A stretch of 64,000 nucleotides of DNA from Vicugna vicugna (Eukaryota). The notes under the pieces were generated by a model. The model made no database searches, was not told where the DNA came from, and was given only the letters and a program-made list of their open reading frames with translations. The stretch is taken from contig MU058337.1 of the NCBI GenBank assembly GCA_013265495.1, positions 5,872,716-5,936,715 on the forward strand, given 5' to 3'. Each line of letters opens with the position of its first letter. Position 1 is the stretch's first letter. The position numbers were made by a program, and so were the translations under genes. Positions 1-12,654 of the stretch are shown here, in pieces.

Positions 1-265
1 CGGAGGTGGGGCTCAAAGTTCCAACCCTTCAATCACGTGGTTGCTTCCTGGCAACCAGCCCCTCCACCTCAGGGGCTTCCTGAAAGTCACCTCATTACCC
101 TAAGGTCTGCTGTGGTTGACGGGGGCTTGTTATAAATAACAGAGACGATCCTTTTACCCTTATCACTCATTTCACTTAAGAAATTCCAAGGGTTTTAGGA
201 ACTCTATGCCAGGAATGGGACAAAGGCCAAACATATATTTCTTATTATAAATCACAGTATCTCAA
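1..265. mobile_element. MER21-like LTR fragment
   Basis: aaattccaagggttttaggaactctatgccaggaa...tatatttcttattataaatcacagtatctca resembles the recalled MER21 terminus. Confidence 0.7.
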
Positions 266-2122
266 GTCAAAATTCAAACACCAGAATTCTTGGGCACATT
301 CCCTGAGAAGACACTGGCGGCTGCTCCAAGTAGGTGGAGGATTAATGAAAACATAGGATCTCAATCTCTCTCCCTCAAGAGCACATATCTTACAAACACA
401 TTATTAATTCTTCATGCCAATTCTCCTCATTTGGAATTTCCTCTGATAATATTTTTAGCCTAATAACTTGGCCTTCCACTCAATTCTCACGAGCTCTTTC
501 CTGACTGGAAACTTCACCTTATCTGTGTTGAACTGACTGCCACAATCTTTCCCCAGACTCTGTGTCTATGTGCCTAATTCTACATGTCAGGAGAACTCAT
601 ATTTGAGGAGATTTACTAGAAAAAGACAACTGGGCAGAGTGAACCTTGAAAGCGCTTATAAAATTGAACGTGTATTCTGTGGACTTAACCACAGTTGCAG
701 GCTGGCAAAGTCCGGCACTACGGAGGTGTGCAGAACCAGCTCACAATCCCCCCCTCCCACCACTCCCACTCCCCGGAAGTCACGGTAACAATCTGTACTG
801 AAAATCTTCTACTCACAGGAATCTATACAAACATAAACCTACACATCATGTTTATGAACGCTTTTACACTGGGTAAAATACAACAATGACATCAGTCCAT
901 TTAAATAGGGGACAATCCGTGATGTTTTGCCATTTGACATCCTTGACTCACTCTATAAACTTTTAAACACAACGCTGTTTAAGACAGAAAGACCTTCAGG
1001 TCACTTCTTTTTCTTTTTCCACGCTGGGTTCATCTGAAGCGGAGAGGAAGTCCCCAAACCCCTCCACAGTACACACAGGCTCCAGAATGTCACCAAATAG
1101 CCTCAGCTGGCCCTGCCAGCCCCTCCTACCCAGGGCTCAGCTCCCCTCTCCCTAGAATTACAAGCCCAGTGAAGGCCCGGGTAAGCCCCCCCAGCTTCTC
1201 CAGCCTCCCGCCTTGGCGCTGACAGATCACATGTCAGCCGTCTGCTCTAACTCCCTCTCCTTTTCTCAACTTTGTTCCTTTTTTTCCTAATTATCCCCAG
1301 CAGCGTGACTTGCTATCTGTATATAACAGATAACTCTGCCTGGTTGCAATGACTCCACGATAATTTTGTGGAAGCCTCTGTCCTTCACCCTCACAAGAGT
1401 GTATATTATCTCTGATACTAATATTCATACCAATTGACATAAAGCTCTCAGAAATTTATAAACTGTCACCACTCAGTGATTTAGAGTCTAAAGGGCCAGA
1501 GATGCCAAAAGCAATCACTAAAAGCTTTAGTCACGGAAGTTAAGATCTTTTCCCTGTGGACTGATTTGTAAGTGATAGCTGTCTAATCAAATTGAAAAAG
1601 GCCAATCTAACTTTTACCCTCACAGTTAAATAATGTTACTGTGAACCAACACTAGGAAATATTTCACTTGTGTGTATAATCTGGAGACCAGGAGGACTGA
1701 ATCTCAGCTCTTCTTTGCTGATCTGCAATTCTCTCTGGGCTGAAAATCCTCGAAAGAGACAGTCCTGGGAGAGACAGGATGGGACGGTTGCTGTGGCAGC
1801 CCCACTCCATGGCATCTACCTTAGTGAATCCACCCTGAATCAGGCTCGGGGCTCAGGTACACAGACTTGGAAACTAGACTTCCTCTCTAGGCTCAGAATA
1901 CATTGTTCTCAGCCAGACGGACTCACTGGTCAAGCTCACAAGAAACTGATGTGTAAACTCTTACGAATTTATAGTCAGAAGTATATTTATAAAGGGAACT
2001 AGCACATCCCCCAGCTGTAGTGTGGGTACATAAATTACAGTCAGTGGTCATTGGATAAATGTGGAATCAGCAGAGGGAGCGTCAGCTGATCTAAGGCAGT
2101 GCCCTCCACTGCATGAGCACGA

Positions 2123-2268
2123 GCAGTGGTTCTCAAAGGAGAAGCCCCAAGACGCGCCCAGTGGGCTTGGCAAACCCAGAGTGCTGGGCCCCACCTCCAG
2201 AGTTTCTGATTCAGGACTGGGTTGGGGCTTCCACTTCCAACAAGTTCCCAGGAACCACACTTGGGAAA
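2123..2268. mobile_element. MER5-like hAT-Charlie MITE
   Basis: cagtggttctcaa terminus and gggccccacctccagagtttctgattcag core. Confidence 0.75.
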
Positions 2269-2319
2269 GTATGGACCCAAGACACCCTTCCCCACTACTG
2301 AACAGCCTTCCTTATGGGA

Positions 2320-2665
2320 CCATCTTAGACCATCCTGGCTGCTGTAAAAGAATACCAGAGACGCATGGCCTGTGAACAGCAGACACTGCTTCCTCACCGT
2401 TCTGGAGGCTGGGAGTCCGAGATCAAGGCACCGGCAGGTTCGGGTCTGGAGAGACCTACTTCCTGGTTCACAGACGGCCATCTCTTTGCTGGGTCCTCAC
2501 TGGTAGAAGGGGCGGGGGACTCTCTGGGGCCCCCTCTTCTATAAGGACACTAATCCCATTCATGTCCTAATCAACTCCAAAAGGCCCCACTTCCAAACAC
2601 CATCACATTGGGAGTTAGGTTTCCACATATGAACTTCAGCGGGGAGACAATGTTCTGCTTATAGC
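2320..2665 (-). mobile_element. MLT1A/B-like MaLR LTR
   Basis: ttctggaggctgggagtccgagatcaagg...ataaggacactaatcccattcat...atcacattgggagttagg, typical of antisense MLT1. Confidence 0.8.
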
Positions 2666-2859
2666 AGGATGTGAGCTCATGGCCGCTGAGAAGCCTTTCT
2701 CTCCCTGGACTCATCTGAACATAAAAGCTTCTTTGACTCTTGTTCTAGGTAGAAAATCTTCTTCTGCGTGATACAGTCTTCCCTCCTATATGATAGCCAC
2801 TGATAAACCTACGACATTATGAGTACAGGGCTGGTACTCTACAAACTGGGGTTCTGACT

Positions 2860-3075
2860 GACTTTATGTGGCCTCTGATGTGTTACTTTCTAGCCTCATT
2901 TCCTCATCAATTAAATGGGGGAGAACACTGCTTGTCTTATAGAATTTTTAAAATTGTGTTAAAAAAAAACAACAAAAAACCCTTGTATGCCTATTTTAAG
3001 ATTTGAATGAGATAATATACGTGAACTATCTGGCACAATTTCCAGCACACAGAGTGCCCAGTGAACGGTAACTAC
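2860..3075. mobile_element. MIR SINE
   Basis: gcctcatttcctcatc...aaatggg core and gagataatatacgtgaactatctggcaca tail. Confidence 0.65.
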
Positions 3076-3087
3076 TTCCATGACTCT

Positions 3088-4112
3088 TGTTATAAACTGA
3101 GTTGTATCTCCCCCAAATTCACATGTTGGAGCTCTAACCCCCAATGTGATTATCTGTGGAGACAGGGCCTTCATGGAGGTAATTAAGGTTAAAGACGTCA
3201 AAAGGGTGGGGCCTAATGAAATAGGGCTGGTGCCTGTATAAGAAGAGGAAGAGACACCAGGAGTGCACATACGCAGAGGAAAGACCATGTGGGGACACAG
3301 GAGAAAGAGTGGCTGTCGGCGAGTCAAGGAGAGAGGCCTCAGAAGAAGCTGAAACCGAGGACTCTGTGGGGCCCTCCTGGGTACAAAAGCCCCTCCACAT
3401 CCCCCGTTTGTTGTAGAAAAAGGTTTTAGTCTGCTGGGACTTCCTTGAGTTGCAAGGAGCAGACTGAAGCAGTTACTAATTGGGAAAGTGAGGGAATGCA
3501 GAAACAAAAGAAAAGCAGTCAAGCAAGAAAAGTAATGATAGTTTAAACAATAGTTCAGCAATAAAACAGAGTCCTGGTTCCTTCTCAAGGGATATACATA
3601 ACAATCTGACACATATCTTCGAGTTGTTCTGCAGAAACGAAGACCCCAACCCAGGTGGAAGATGGTAACTACATGCTGACCAGGAGCACAAAGACCTCAG
3701 GCTGGCTGAAACCAGAAGGCTGATGATTACGATTCCTGAAACATCACCCTGTTACCTCACCATGAACCAATCAAAAGAAAAGTACACAGCTACAACTCAC
3801 ACCCAAAATGTTGCTTTTAAAAACCTTCCCCTGAAAGCCATCAGGGAGTTTGAGACTTTTGAGCATTAGCTGCCCATTCTCCTTGCTTGATGCCCCACAA
3901 TAAACGCTGTACTTTCCTTCACTACAATCTGGTGTCAGTAGATTGGCTTTGCTGCACAGCAGGTGAGTGGACCTGAGTTCGGTTCAGCAACAAAACAAAA
4001 CCTGCTGACACCTTGATCTTGGACTTCCAGACTGCAGAATTGTGAGGAAATAAAGTTCTGATATTTAAGCTACCCAGTCTATGGTTTTGTGTAATTGCAG
4101 TCTGAGCTAGTA
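3088..4112 (+). mobile_element. MLT1B-like MaLR LTR, split by a younger LTR at 3350-3992
   Basis: cccccaaattcacatgttg...gaggcctcagaagaag (5' part) resumes as cctgctgacaccttgatcttggacttccag...aataaa (3' part). Confidence 0.85.
3350..3992 (+). mobile_element. Solo ERV1-type LTR (643 bp)
   Basis: TG...CA termini, AATAAA near 3899, and an imperfect 4-bp flank (aagc 3346-3349 / aaac 3993-3996). It cleanly interrupts the MLT1B-like LTR. Confidence 0.8.
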
Positions 4113-5199
4113 ATCCTGCTCACAGAAGGAACACCTTTAATGTACCTTCTGCATGTATTCAGTCTTGCCTACTTGATGTTTCAAAGCTTTAGAAGTGGTA
4201 TGGTGCCTACAGTTACTCTCTCATTAATTTTTCTTTGGCCTCAATGTTGTTGTCCCTGAGTTAGATCATATACTTTATTAGAAGGGTGAGATTAGGGAAA
4301 GAAACATGTTAACATAGGTGGAATGACTCTCCAGTTCCCTAAGTAAACTTCTGAGGTTGAAGAATAGCACTGGGCTCAAAGTATCTTCTGGAGATGGGAT
4401 CTCTTTAAATGTGTACACATTGTAGATGGACTGAAACCAGGCGTAACTACCCAATATCTTGGCAACTGGAGGAGTATTCATTTGATCTCTTGGTTTATTA
4501 AAAGCTATGGGGAAGCTAAAAAGTCCTAGAAAAGTTGGCAAGGTAACTTCAAATGGAATGCATATGTTATTAAACAAATGTATTAAGTATAAATTCCTTG
4601 AAAAGAAACTTTAACATTAAAAAAATTATAATATATCCAAAGGAGAATGCTAGACTCAACAAAGGACAACACACATAGTGCTCAATCACTGTTGCCTTTG
4701 GTCTGGCATCTCCAAGAGGAAATGATACACTGAACAACTGTGACTTTTATTTAACTTTCAACCTCATTAGAATATGGAGAGTCTGGTAACTCCATTTGTT
4801 TTAAAATCAGTCACCTCAATCTGAAGGAGGTCCCGGGAGAAAATGGACTGAACCAGAACTGTTTAGCTCTTCTCCTGGGCAGAACTTCATTCTTGCCAAA
4901 TTTCTCCTTTCAGTTAACTTCAGAGGAGAGCTGAGACCTAGAGTGATCTGAGGATGAGTTTCAAATATTGTCTGTCTTATTTTTTTAAGTGAATCTGTTA
5001 CTCACTCCCTCCGAATGACAGAAGCATGATTTAAATGAATATTCCTTTAAAACTCTATGTTCAAGGAGACTCTTAACTTGGGGACAATAAACACTAGCCT
5101 CTCTAGTAAAGTCTCAGGACAACTGTGAATCAGAAACATACAAAATATTTTTTTCTTGGCTTCTGTGTTGTTTTGAAAATCATCATCTGTGAAAGAAAA

Positions 5200-7460
5200 A
5201 ACTTACATATTTAAATTTTGTTTATGTCAGGAAGTATGACAAAGTTCACACGAGCTTTGGTCTTATTTTTGTCACTCAACATGATGGGACAAAGTGCTTC
5301 TCTGTGGCAAAGTGCTCTGCAGTGGAGGCGTGGCAGCAGGGAGCTTCGGGCTACCTCGGGGATGCTGGTCACCACACCTCTACCAGGAGAGGGCACGAGG
5401 GCACGATACAAAAGGCTGGAGCCAACTGCACTAAAATGTTACTTGTCCCAAAGTGAAAGTCTGTCCTGTGGCACCCTGCAGGCTTGCCTATCATCCTGCC
5501 AAATAAAGGAGGTCACCTAGTACCGGAAAAGGTAAGGATGAAGCCGCGTGGCCTAGAAATAGTGGTGCCTGGGCCAGAAAAAAATCGGAACATTTTCTCT
5601 GTCAAACATTAGAAGTCATCATCATCAGAATTACAAGTATGTCATTAACATCTTATATCCCAGGGAATATGCCATTTATTTCTGCCCAACATCCCAATGG
5701 AACGACAACTGTCTTCCAGGGCAAGAAGCTCGAGTTTCTCTAGTATGTGAACACCGATGCCGACAAAGGAAAAAATCTTATTTTCTAAGCCTCTTTTGGG
5801 AACAGCAAAGGCTACTGATATTTTAGAATTGGTGAAGCAGTTCTACCTGAGCAATGGGAAGAAGAACGCTGAGTGCTCTATGCACAGACTGCACACCTGT
5901 GATTTCTCCTACCTGTCACCCCAACTCATGGTTTTCTCTAACATCATGAATTGACAGCAATCATTCTGCCCACAATGCTGACGGCAGCCTCGCTGGCTGT
6001 CACTGCTAAGTTCTTAGAACCAGAGAACTGAGTCAGTGCCTCGTTAAAAGGTTTTGACAAGGTGCAGGGGCAAAATACAACTTTTTCCTCTACTATAAAG
6101 AATATGCTAACATAATAGGGCTGAATCTTTAAACTGCTCCCATCCCAGAAATATCACTGTGAAACAGTTCAACAGGGAGGAGTGAATTTTCAAACATACT
6201 TAAAGAAAACAGTTGGTAACAGGCTATTATTCAGCCATAAAAAGGAATGGAGTACTGATCTATGGTACAACAGACGAATCATAAAATATATTACATGAAG
6301 TGAAGGAAGTCAAACACAAAAAAGTCACATGTTATATGATTCCATTTATATGAAACATCTGGAATAGGAAAATCCAGAGACAGAAAGTAGACCAGTGGTC
6401 ACAGCGTCTGGGGAGAGAGAGGAATGAGGAGTGACTGCTTAGAGGGCGACAGTGCCCTTGGGGGTGACGAAATCATCCTGGGACTATGCAGAGGTGACAA
6501 CACTGTTAACGCACTAAATGCCACTGAACGGTACGTTTCAACAGGGTTAATGATTAATTTTGTTATGTAAATTTTAACTCAATTTTTAAAAAAGAATACA
6601 TTTGGCCACAGAATGTTATAAAGCTTTCATCTGAAGGCTCTTCAGTTACAAGGATGTATGCCACTAACTGATTTGTGGCTGGCCTTTCTCCTTCTTTTTT
6701 TATATGTCTTCACCAAAAGACAGTAATAACCTCTGTGTGGTAGGGATCATAGCGTCCCTACAGAGAAGACACTCAATTTTATAGGTGAAAAAAGGAAAGA
6801 ATCTATCATGTTCTTGGCCAAAAAAGATTTTTTATGCATGTCTCTGTACCAGCAAGAGGAGGCAAAAAAGTGGCTAACTACAAAAAGTTCCAGCACTGAA
6901 GCATGAGATTCCATGAGCCTCAAACCTGACAATTTCTCTTACAGAGAAATTTATGAGGTCTTGGAAACCTGGAAGAATTCTTTTGAAAATTTCTTTCTGC
7001 CCAGACATCATTGAAATTTAGACAGAGGTTCATATTCTTTTTCTTGCTGACAGCATCAGTAATGCTCACCTTGCAGAGATGACCTCACTGACAGGAGAAC
7101 AAAGGAAACATCTTGGCATGAATTTAATTTGAAGACTCTTAGACAGTCAGTTTCTTGACAGAAGCCTGGAAAAGTCCTGGCTACTCTGACTATATCTGCT
7201 ACCTCATGCCTGGGTAAGTCAGCACATGTTGCCACTAAAATAAAAAAAATTTTAATCGACTGAGTGTCAAAGAAGATGGAGAGACTATACAGCTTCGCTA
7301 TTCCACAATATTAACTTCTTATTCAAGCTTCTCGGATATGTACTTCAAAGCCAAAATCAGGTTAACTTTGTTTCATTTGCATAATTTTTCATATTTTATT
7401 TTCATTAATTTTTACACTCAAATAATGTGAAAAAAGTAACTATTTTTTGCAAAGATAATA
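5200..7460 (+). mobile_element. Decayed hAT Charlie/Buster-type transposase fossil, interrupted by an L1 fragment
   Basis: Colinear motifs: RKYD (5229), SLSN (5596), RITSMS (5627), KEKILFSKPLLGTAKATDILELVKQF (ORF 5757), CTDCTPV (5881) and NRLSVKED (7254). Many stops and frameshifts. Confidence 0.8.
6220..6595 (+). mobile_element. L1MB-like 3' end
   Basis: tattattcagccataaaaaggaatggagtactgat...gattccatttatatgaaac...actcaatttttaaaaaa. Confidence 0.9.
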
Positions 7461-8039
7461 TTTATCTTTTATGAAAATATAATCAATTTCCAGTGCAACA
7501 AAATAAGTTGTACATCCTGATAATGTAACTTCTATGACTATCAAATACTGTGATTTCTCCCCCGCCCCCTGTGCTCCACTTTTCTGTTTTTCTGGGCGTT
7601 GTGTAAATTAGGGGAGAGATGACTGTGGAATTCAGAGACAAAAAGAGACTCCACAAACCCCGAGAGACAAAACGCACCACCTCTGCTTCCAGCTCCCCGT
7701 GAGACCTCGTGCTGTCAGATTTCCACCTTGGGATCCCATCATCCGAGAATTCAATCCTAGAACTCAAGTTGCCAACCCTTGTAGTTTCCTACATTACACA
7801 GCTTCATGGCTCCATGGCTGTGTTCAGGGTATCATCTCCTTCTAGAATATCCTCCCCATTTTCCTCTGCTTGGCTGACTCACACTTTAAGTCTCGGTCGA
7901 GGTGTCAGCAAGTCAGGAGCCTTCCCCAAACCCCACTTTCTGGCCCCCATGGCAGCCTGGTTATCTGTCTGTCTTACCTACCATATTATGTTGAAATTCC
8001 TTTACCAGACAAACACCACTCTAACCAAGTAATCGAAGT

Positions 8040-8700
8040 AGTGGCACCAGTAACGAGAAAAACAGAAACGAGCCCCTCATCCTGACGTGAGACACTGAGA
8101 CAGACAAGCATCTCTTCTGTGCTATTCCTGCCAAAATGTGTAACTTAATCTGATGAGGAGGAAACACCAGACAAATCCAAATTGAGGGACACGTGACAAA
8201 ATAAATGGTCTGTCTTAAAACATGTAAAGGTAACCAAAGGCAAAGAAAGGCTGAGGAACTGTTCTAGACTAAAGGAGACTAAAAGACATGAAAACTAAAT
8301 GTAACATGTGATTCTGAGTTATATCCTGGACCAGAAAAAGAAAACATTTTTTCTTGTACTATAAAAGACTGGAAAAATATGGAAGGCGTGTAGGTAAGGC
8401 CACAATGCTGTATCAGTGTTAATTTTCTGCCCTGTGGTTATATAAGGAAGTGTTGTCTTGTCCTTGGAAAATACACACCAGTATTGTTAGCAACTTAGTA
8501 AAATGGTGCAGAGAAAAATAATTATACAGAGAGAATGAGAGAACACAATAAAGCGACCATGATAAAAATTTAACACGTGAGGAATTGATAAAACTATATG
8601 GACATCATTTGTACTATTTTCGCAATTTTTCCAAAAGTCTTAAGTTGTATCAAGATAAGTTTAAAAATTTTTAAAGTACAAAAACCAAAAGAAAAATTTC
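8040..8700 (+). mobile_element. L1MC-like 3' end
   Basis: cagacaaatccaaattgagggaca...aggctgaggaactgttctagactaaaggagactaaaagacatg. Confidence 0.8.
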
Positions 8701-9479
8701 CTTTGAGATGAGAGGAATAAACTGTGGGCTTAGAAAAGTATGCACTGTGTTCAGGGTAGATGAGAAACCCTGCAGTAATTACTTTTAAAGCGAAATCAGC
8801 GGTTCCACAGAGTGCTAATTGGAAGCTGGCACAATGCCAGGTCACCGACACTATCTCCCAAATTAACCCAACAAACTGGACAGCAGAGCAGTAAAAGGCA
8901 TTTTCTTTATGTGTAGTCATAAACGAGAGGCAAGAACACTGTGCACAGTGCTGAGCTATCTGCCTGCTTGACAAATAAATATTTTTCTCATCGTCTTCAC
9001 GGACTGAAAAACCCATCGCTCCCTTAAAGGCAAACGTCCTACAAATACCCTACACAGGATACAAGACGACACGCTGCACGAGGACTACAACTGGTGTCTA
9101 GTGACGCTCACCGCCGGCAGCCGTGTCACATCCGTGGGGCTGGTCATCTCAGAGAGTCAGCATTCTCTGTCACAGGATTAACTGTACTGGCCACAGGGCT
9201 CTGAAACACGGCGGGAGAAGACTTTGTGCCCGCCGCCAAATGCTGACCACAACGTCTGGGGGAGAAGAACGTGGAGAGGCAAGTCGCAGGACCAGGCAGA
9301 ACGTGGGGACTAGTGAGGCTGTGAGAGGGGCCAGGGATCAGGAGGGAGTTCTCCGTAAACACCCCCAGGAAGGGAAAGAACTGACTTCTTGGCCCAGCCA
9401 CGGAAGACAGACTCCAGCTCAGCACACGGGAATGGTTTCTAACAGGGCTCTCTGACAGCAGAACAGGCGGCCCTGTGGT

Positions 9480-9700
9480 GGGCTCGCCTCTCCCCGCCTC
9501 TTCATGCACTACCAGGACGCGACTCAGTGCATCGCCCAGGCGAGGTCCAGAAACATGGAGGTCAGCTTTCCCATGGCAGCGTCCCCGGCCTCTGCCCACC
9601 AGATGTCAGAGCACCCCCTGCAGCTGCGACAGCCTAACTGTCTCTAGACATTGCCAAATGTCCCTTGGAGGGCACAGCTGCCCCCAGCTGAGGGGCTCCT
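9480..9700. mobile_element. MER20-like hAT MITE (degraded)
   Basis: tgtctctagacattgccaaatgtcccttggagggca...cagctgag. Confidence 0.7.
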
Positions 9701-10599
9701 AGTGGCAAACTTCACTGAGTCTCTGTGTGAAGAGAACGAAATACCGCAGAATTTCAGAGGGAAGGGCCTAAGGTAGTCAGAGGAGGACTTATGGGGAAGA
9801 TGGGGTTTGAGATCAGCCTTGGAGTAAGAGCGAAGTAATTCCGACGACGCAGAGGTGACAGTGAGCTTTCTTGGACAGGGGTGGTATGATTCAGGTTGGA
9901 GGAGGCAGGAAAGAACAGACTGCCACAGCATCGTGAGGAAGCCAGCCGGCTGTCCAAGCAGAAAGGCTCCTCAGTAGGTAAGGCTAGAAGTATTTGTCAT
10001 GTTGTAATGTCCTGAAGGAATCTCCAATCTAAAGTCAAGGTTGCCTGGGTTGGCGTCTCCAACTATCCATGTCATAGGAAAGTTAATGTTGAATGTGGTC
10101 CTGGAAGAGACAATGCTCTGGGAGAAAGATGGGGCGCTGGACAGCTGGGCAACACACCACATCATCTCCTCCTCCTCTTTCAGAAATGTTTCAAGTTTGC
10201 TTTCTTATCTGCCATTGCCCTCCACGTCTGAATGACACAGAGCTGACTCTCATCTTAAAGCCTACTTTAAAAAGCAGCTGAAAGCAAGCAAGTGGGCAGT
10301 GGGGAAGGAGGAAAACATCACTCTCCAGGCACAGAGCTGAAACGCATCCTGTTTCCTGAAAGACGGCAGAATATGAACATTCTGCAAAACTCAAGCAACA
10401 CTCATGCCAAGATGGTTGGGATTTGCACGTGTGAGGGTGACCAATACCTCAGCCTTTATTTTGGTTGGTTCTATGTATCCAAACCTGGACCACGGGAGGG
10501 TTTTCTCAAGTCACACTGGGAGAGTGAGAGAAGTGGGGCTGTGGCACTGAAACTGTGCCCCACTGAGTTAATGTCAGCCGATGCCAACAGGAGCTCCTG

Positions 10600-10982
10600 A
10601 GCTGCTCTTGCAGAGCAACAGACAGGGCAACAGCGTGCTCCCTCTGCTTGTAAACTGCCTTCCCTGATTAAGTTCACTTTAGTTATTTCTCCTTTCTTTT
10701 TTTCCCTCTTTAACTGCACAGCTTCCCAGCTTCAGGTGGCCCAGTTGTTTTACAGGAACTTGGAGTCAGCTCACCTTTCCCCCTGCCTCCAAGCACCTTT
10801 CCACACGCCTAAGACCACCCTGCTCACCCCATAAATATCCCAAGCCCCTCACCTTCCAGGGGGATGGATCTGAGGCTTGTCTTCCTATGTCCTCGCTAGG
10901 CTACCTCGTGAATAAACTCTTTTCTCGACGTCTCAGCATTTGGCTTACTGCTCATTATGCAAGCGGACCTGGTTCAGGAACA
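10600..10982 (+). mobile_element. ERV1-type LTR (MER34/MER39-like), 5' boundary uncertain
   Basis: cccataaatatcccaagcccc TATA-like region, gaataaactctttt signal, and a 3' end ggacctggttcaggaaca resembling the end of the 3350-3992 LTR. Confidence 0.6.
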
Positions 10983-11559
10983 GTATCTGTGTGTACGTGT
11001 AGGGGGTAGAGGAGAGGCCAGAGTTTGATCAAGGCTGGTGTTAGCCTTAAGAGCCAAGTGACTGAGTGGGTCAGTTCTCCTCTTGGTATGTGGCTCAGGT
11101 GTACTGAGAAGGGCTCAGGAAAGGCTCCGCTCAGAGGGTCTGAGGGAACCCTGAAGGGGACGCAGCAGGGCAGGCACCCAAGGCACCCTGTGTCAACCAA
11201 GAGGCCTCTGGAGGTCTGCGAATGCCAGGAAGGTCCCCGCCCGCAGTTAGAAGCCCACGGGGGCCGGCCCCAGGGCACTTCATTTGTGCACTCAGCTGTG
11301 TGAGACAGCAGACGCCCTTCTGCTGACTCGACTATTTTCTGCTGTTTAGAAAGACGACCATCTATTTGAGCAGTTACCGAGGAGCAGGAAACTGCTGGCT
11401 TTTTGTAAGAAACACATCGAACCCCCTTCTCACCAAGCAAATGAACCTTCTCTAAGCAATTCTTCCCCTGCATCCAAAAACCTTCTGAAACGGGACCTCC
11501 AGTTGACCTTGCTGGGTGCTCGATCCTGCCTCACTCTGCGGAGCCATCAGCGCTTCCGC

Positions 11560-12250
11560 TTAGTCTTTTAAGGGGGATGAGAAGCCATTTGACCCACTGC
11601 CGCTTAGATTCATATTCACTAAAATATTTTTATTTTAAAAAATTGGGAGAAAGACACCAAAATATTTTCATTTAGAGGAGATTGAAAATAAAAGTGTTAC
11701 AAATGCAAATGAGTTTGTACAAATGGAGGGCTTTCAATCCCGGCCTCCCGCTGAGCCAGCCGCTAAACTGCAGCACCTTCTGCCAAGCATCGCGCATTAA
11801 ACGGAGGCGCTTTCTCGAGGGCTAAGATAAAGTTATTAAGAGTGTGAGCTTTGGCCATTATTTCACAATTGAGTTAACCTCTATCCCAAGGGCAACATTT
11901 TGCAGCTGTTTGCAGTGAGTCAGTACTTTCTTTTCAGTCTTTCTTTTTTTTTTTATTCTTTTTTCCTTCTATTTGGGTAAATTACCCATTACATTTTTGC
12001 TTGTGACTAGAGGCATAAGCACAAAGTTTGGGTCTGCTTCTTGCTGCTTTGAATCGCTGCTGCTTTTCAAAAGGCAGAAATGGAAAGAGCTGAGTCACGT
12101 GATGTTAACTCATTCGAATTAAGTTACAAAACAGTTGACAGATAAGCTGTTCACACACAAAATAAGCCGCAGTGCCACTTGAAAGGTGATTGAAAACATC
12201 ACTTTTCAGATGGGATTTACTGGTTACGTTTATAATTTAGCCTCACAACA
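11560..12250. promoter_or_regulatory. Candidate intronic enhancer / conserved non-coding element
   Basis: No recognisable repeat; 8 CpGs within about 11740-11820; TGAGTCA at 11916 and 12091; TCACGTGA at 12095; CAGCTG at 11903; GATA sites. Function is inferred only. Confidence 0.4.
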
Positions 12251-12374
12251 TACATTTCTTTCCCCTAGATTAACAATATTTGCTTGTCAAGGCTACTTGG
12301 CACAATCTGGGCCAAGCATGCAAAACAAACCCATCACAGGAGTGATTATTTCTCACAACGTTTGGGATCATACA

Positions 12375-12630
12375 GGCGAGCGGTTCTCAAGTAGGGTCCT
12401 CTGACCAGCAACGAGAGTGAGACGTGCAGACTTGGGGGCCTCACCACAGACTGAAGGCACGAGGAGTTCTGAGGGTGGGGCTGGGCTGCCTGTGGTCTAA
12501 CAGGGCCTTGAGGTGGTTCAGTGAGCAGCCCAGAGGGCTCCGGCCCCGGCAGCCTGGGCCCTCATCTCTCTTCAGCAGTAAAACTGAGACAAGGATAGTA
12601 ACCTATCTTACAAGATTGCTATGAGGAGTA
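12375..12630. mobile_element. MER5A-like MITE followed by a MIR fragment
   Basis: agcggttctcaagtagggtcc...gaggtggttc, then gtaaaactgagacaaggatagtaacctatcttacaagattgctatgagga. Confidence 0.65.
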
Positions 12631-12654
12631 AACTAGCTAATAAATATAAAATAT

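Noticed and set aside
2959..3612. Longest ORF in the track (217 aa, minus strand)
   Set aside because: It runs antisense through MIR, MLT1B and ERV LTR sequence and has no protein-like features; a chance ORF.
10955..11473. 172-aa minus-strand ORF and overlapping GC-rich ORFs
   Set aside because: No recognisable homology or exon structure; long stop-free frames are expected in GC-richer DNA.
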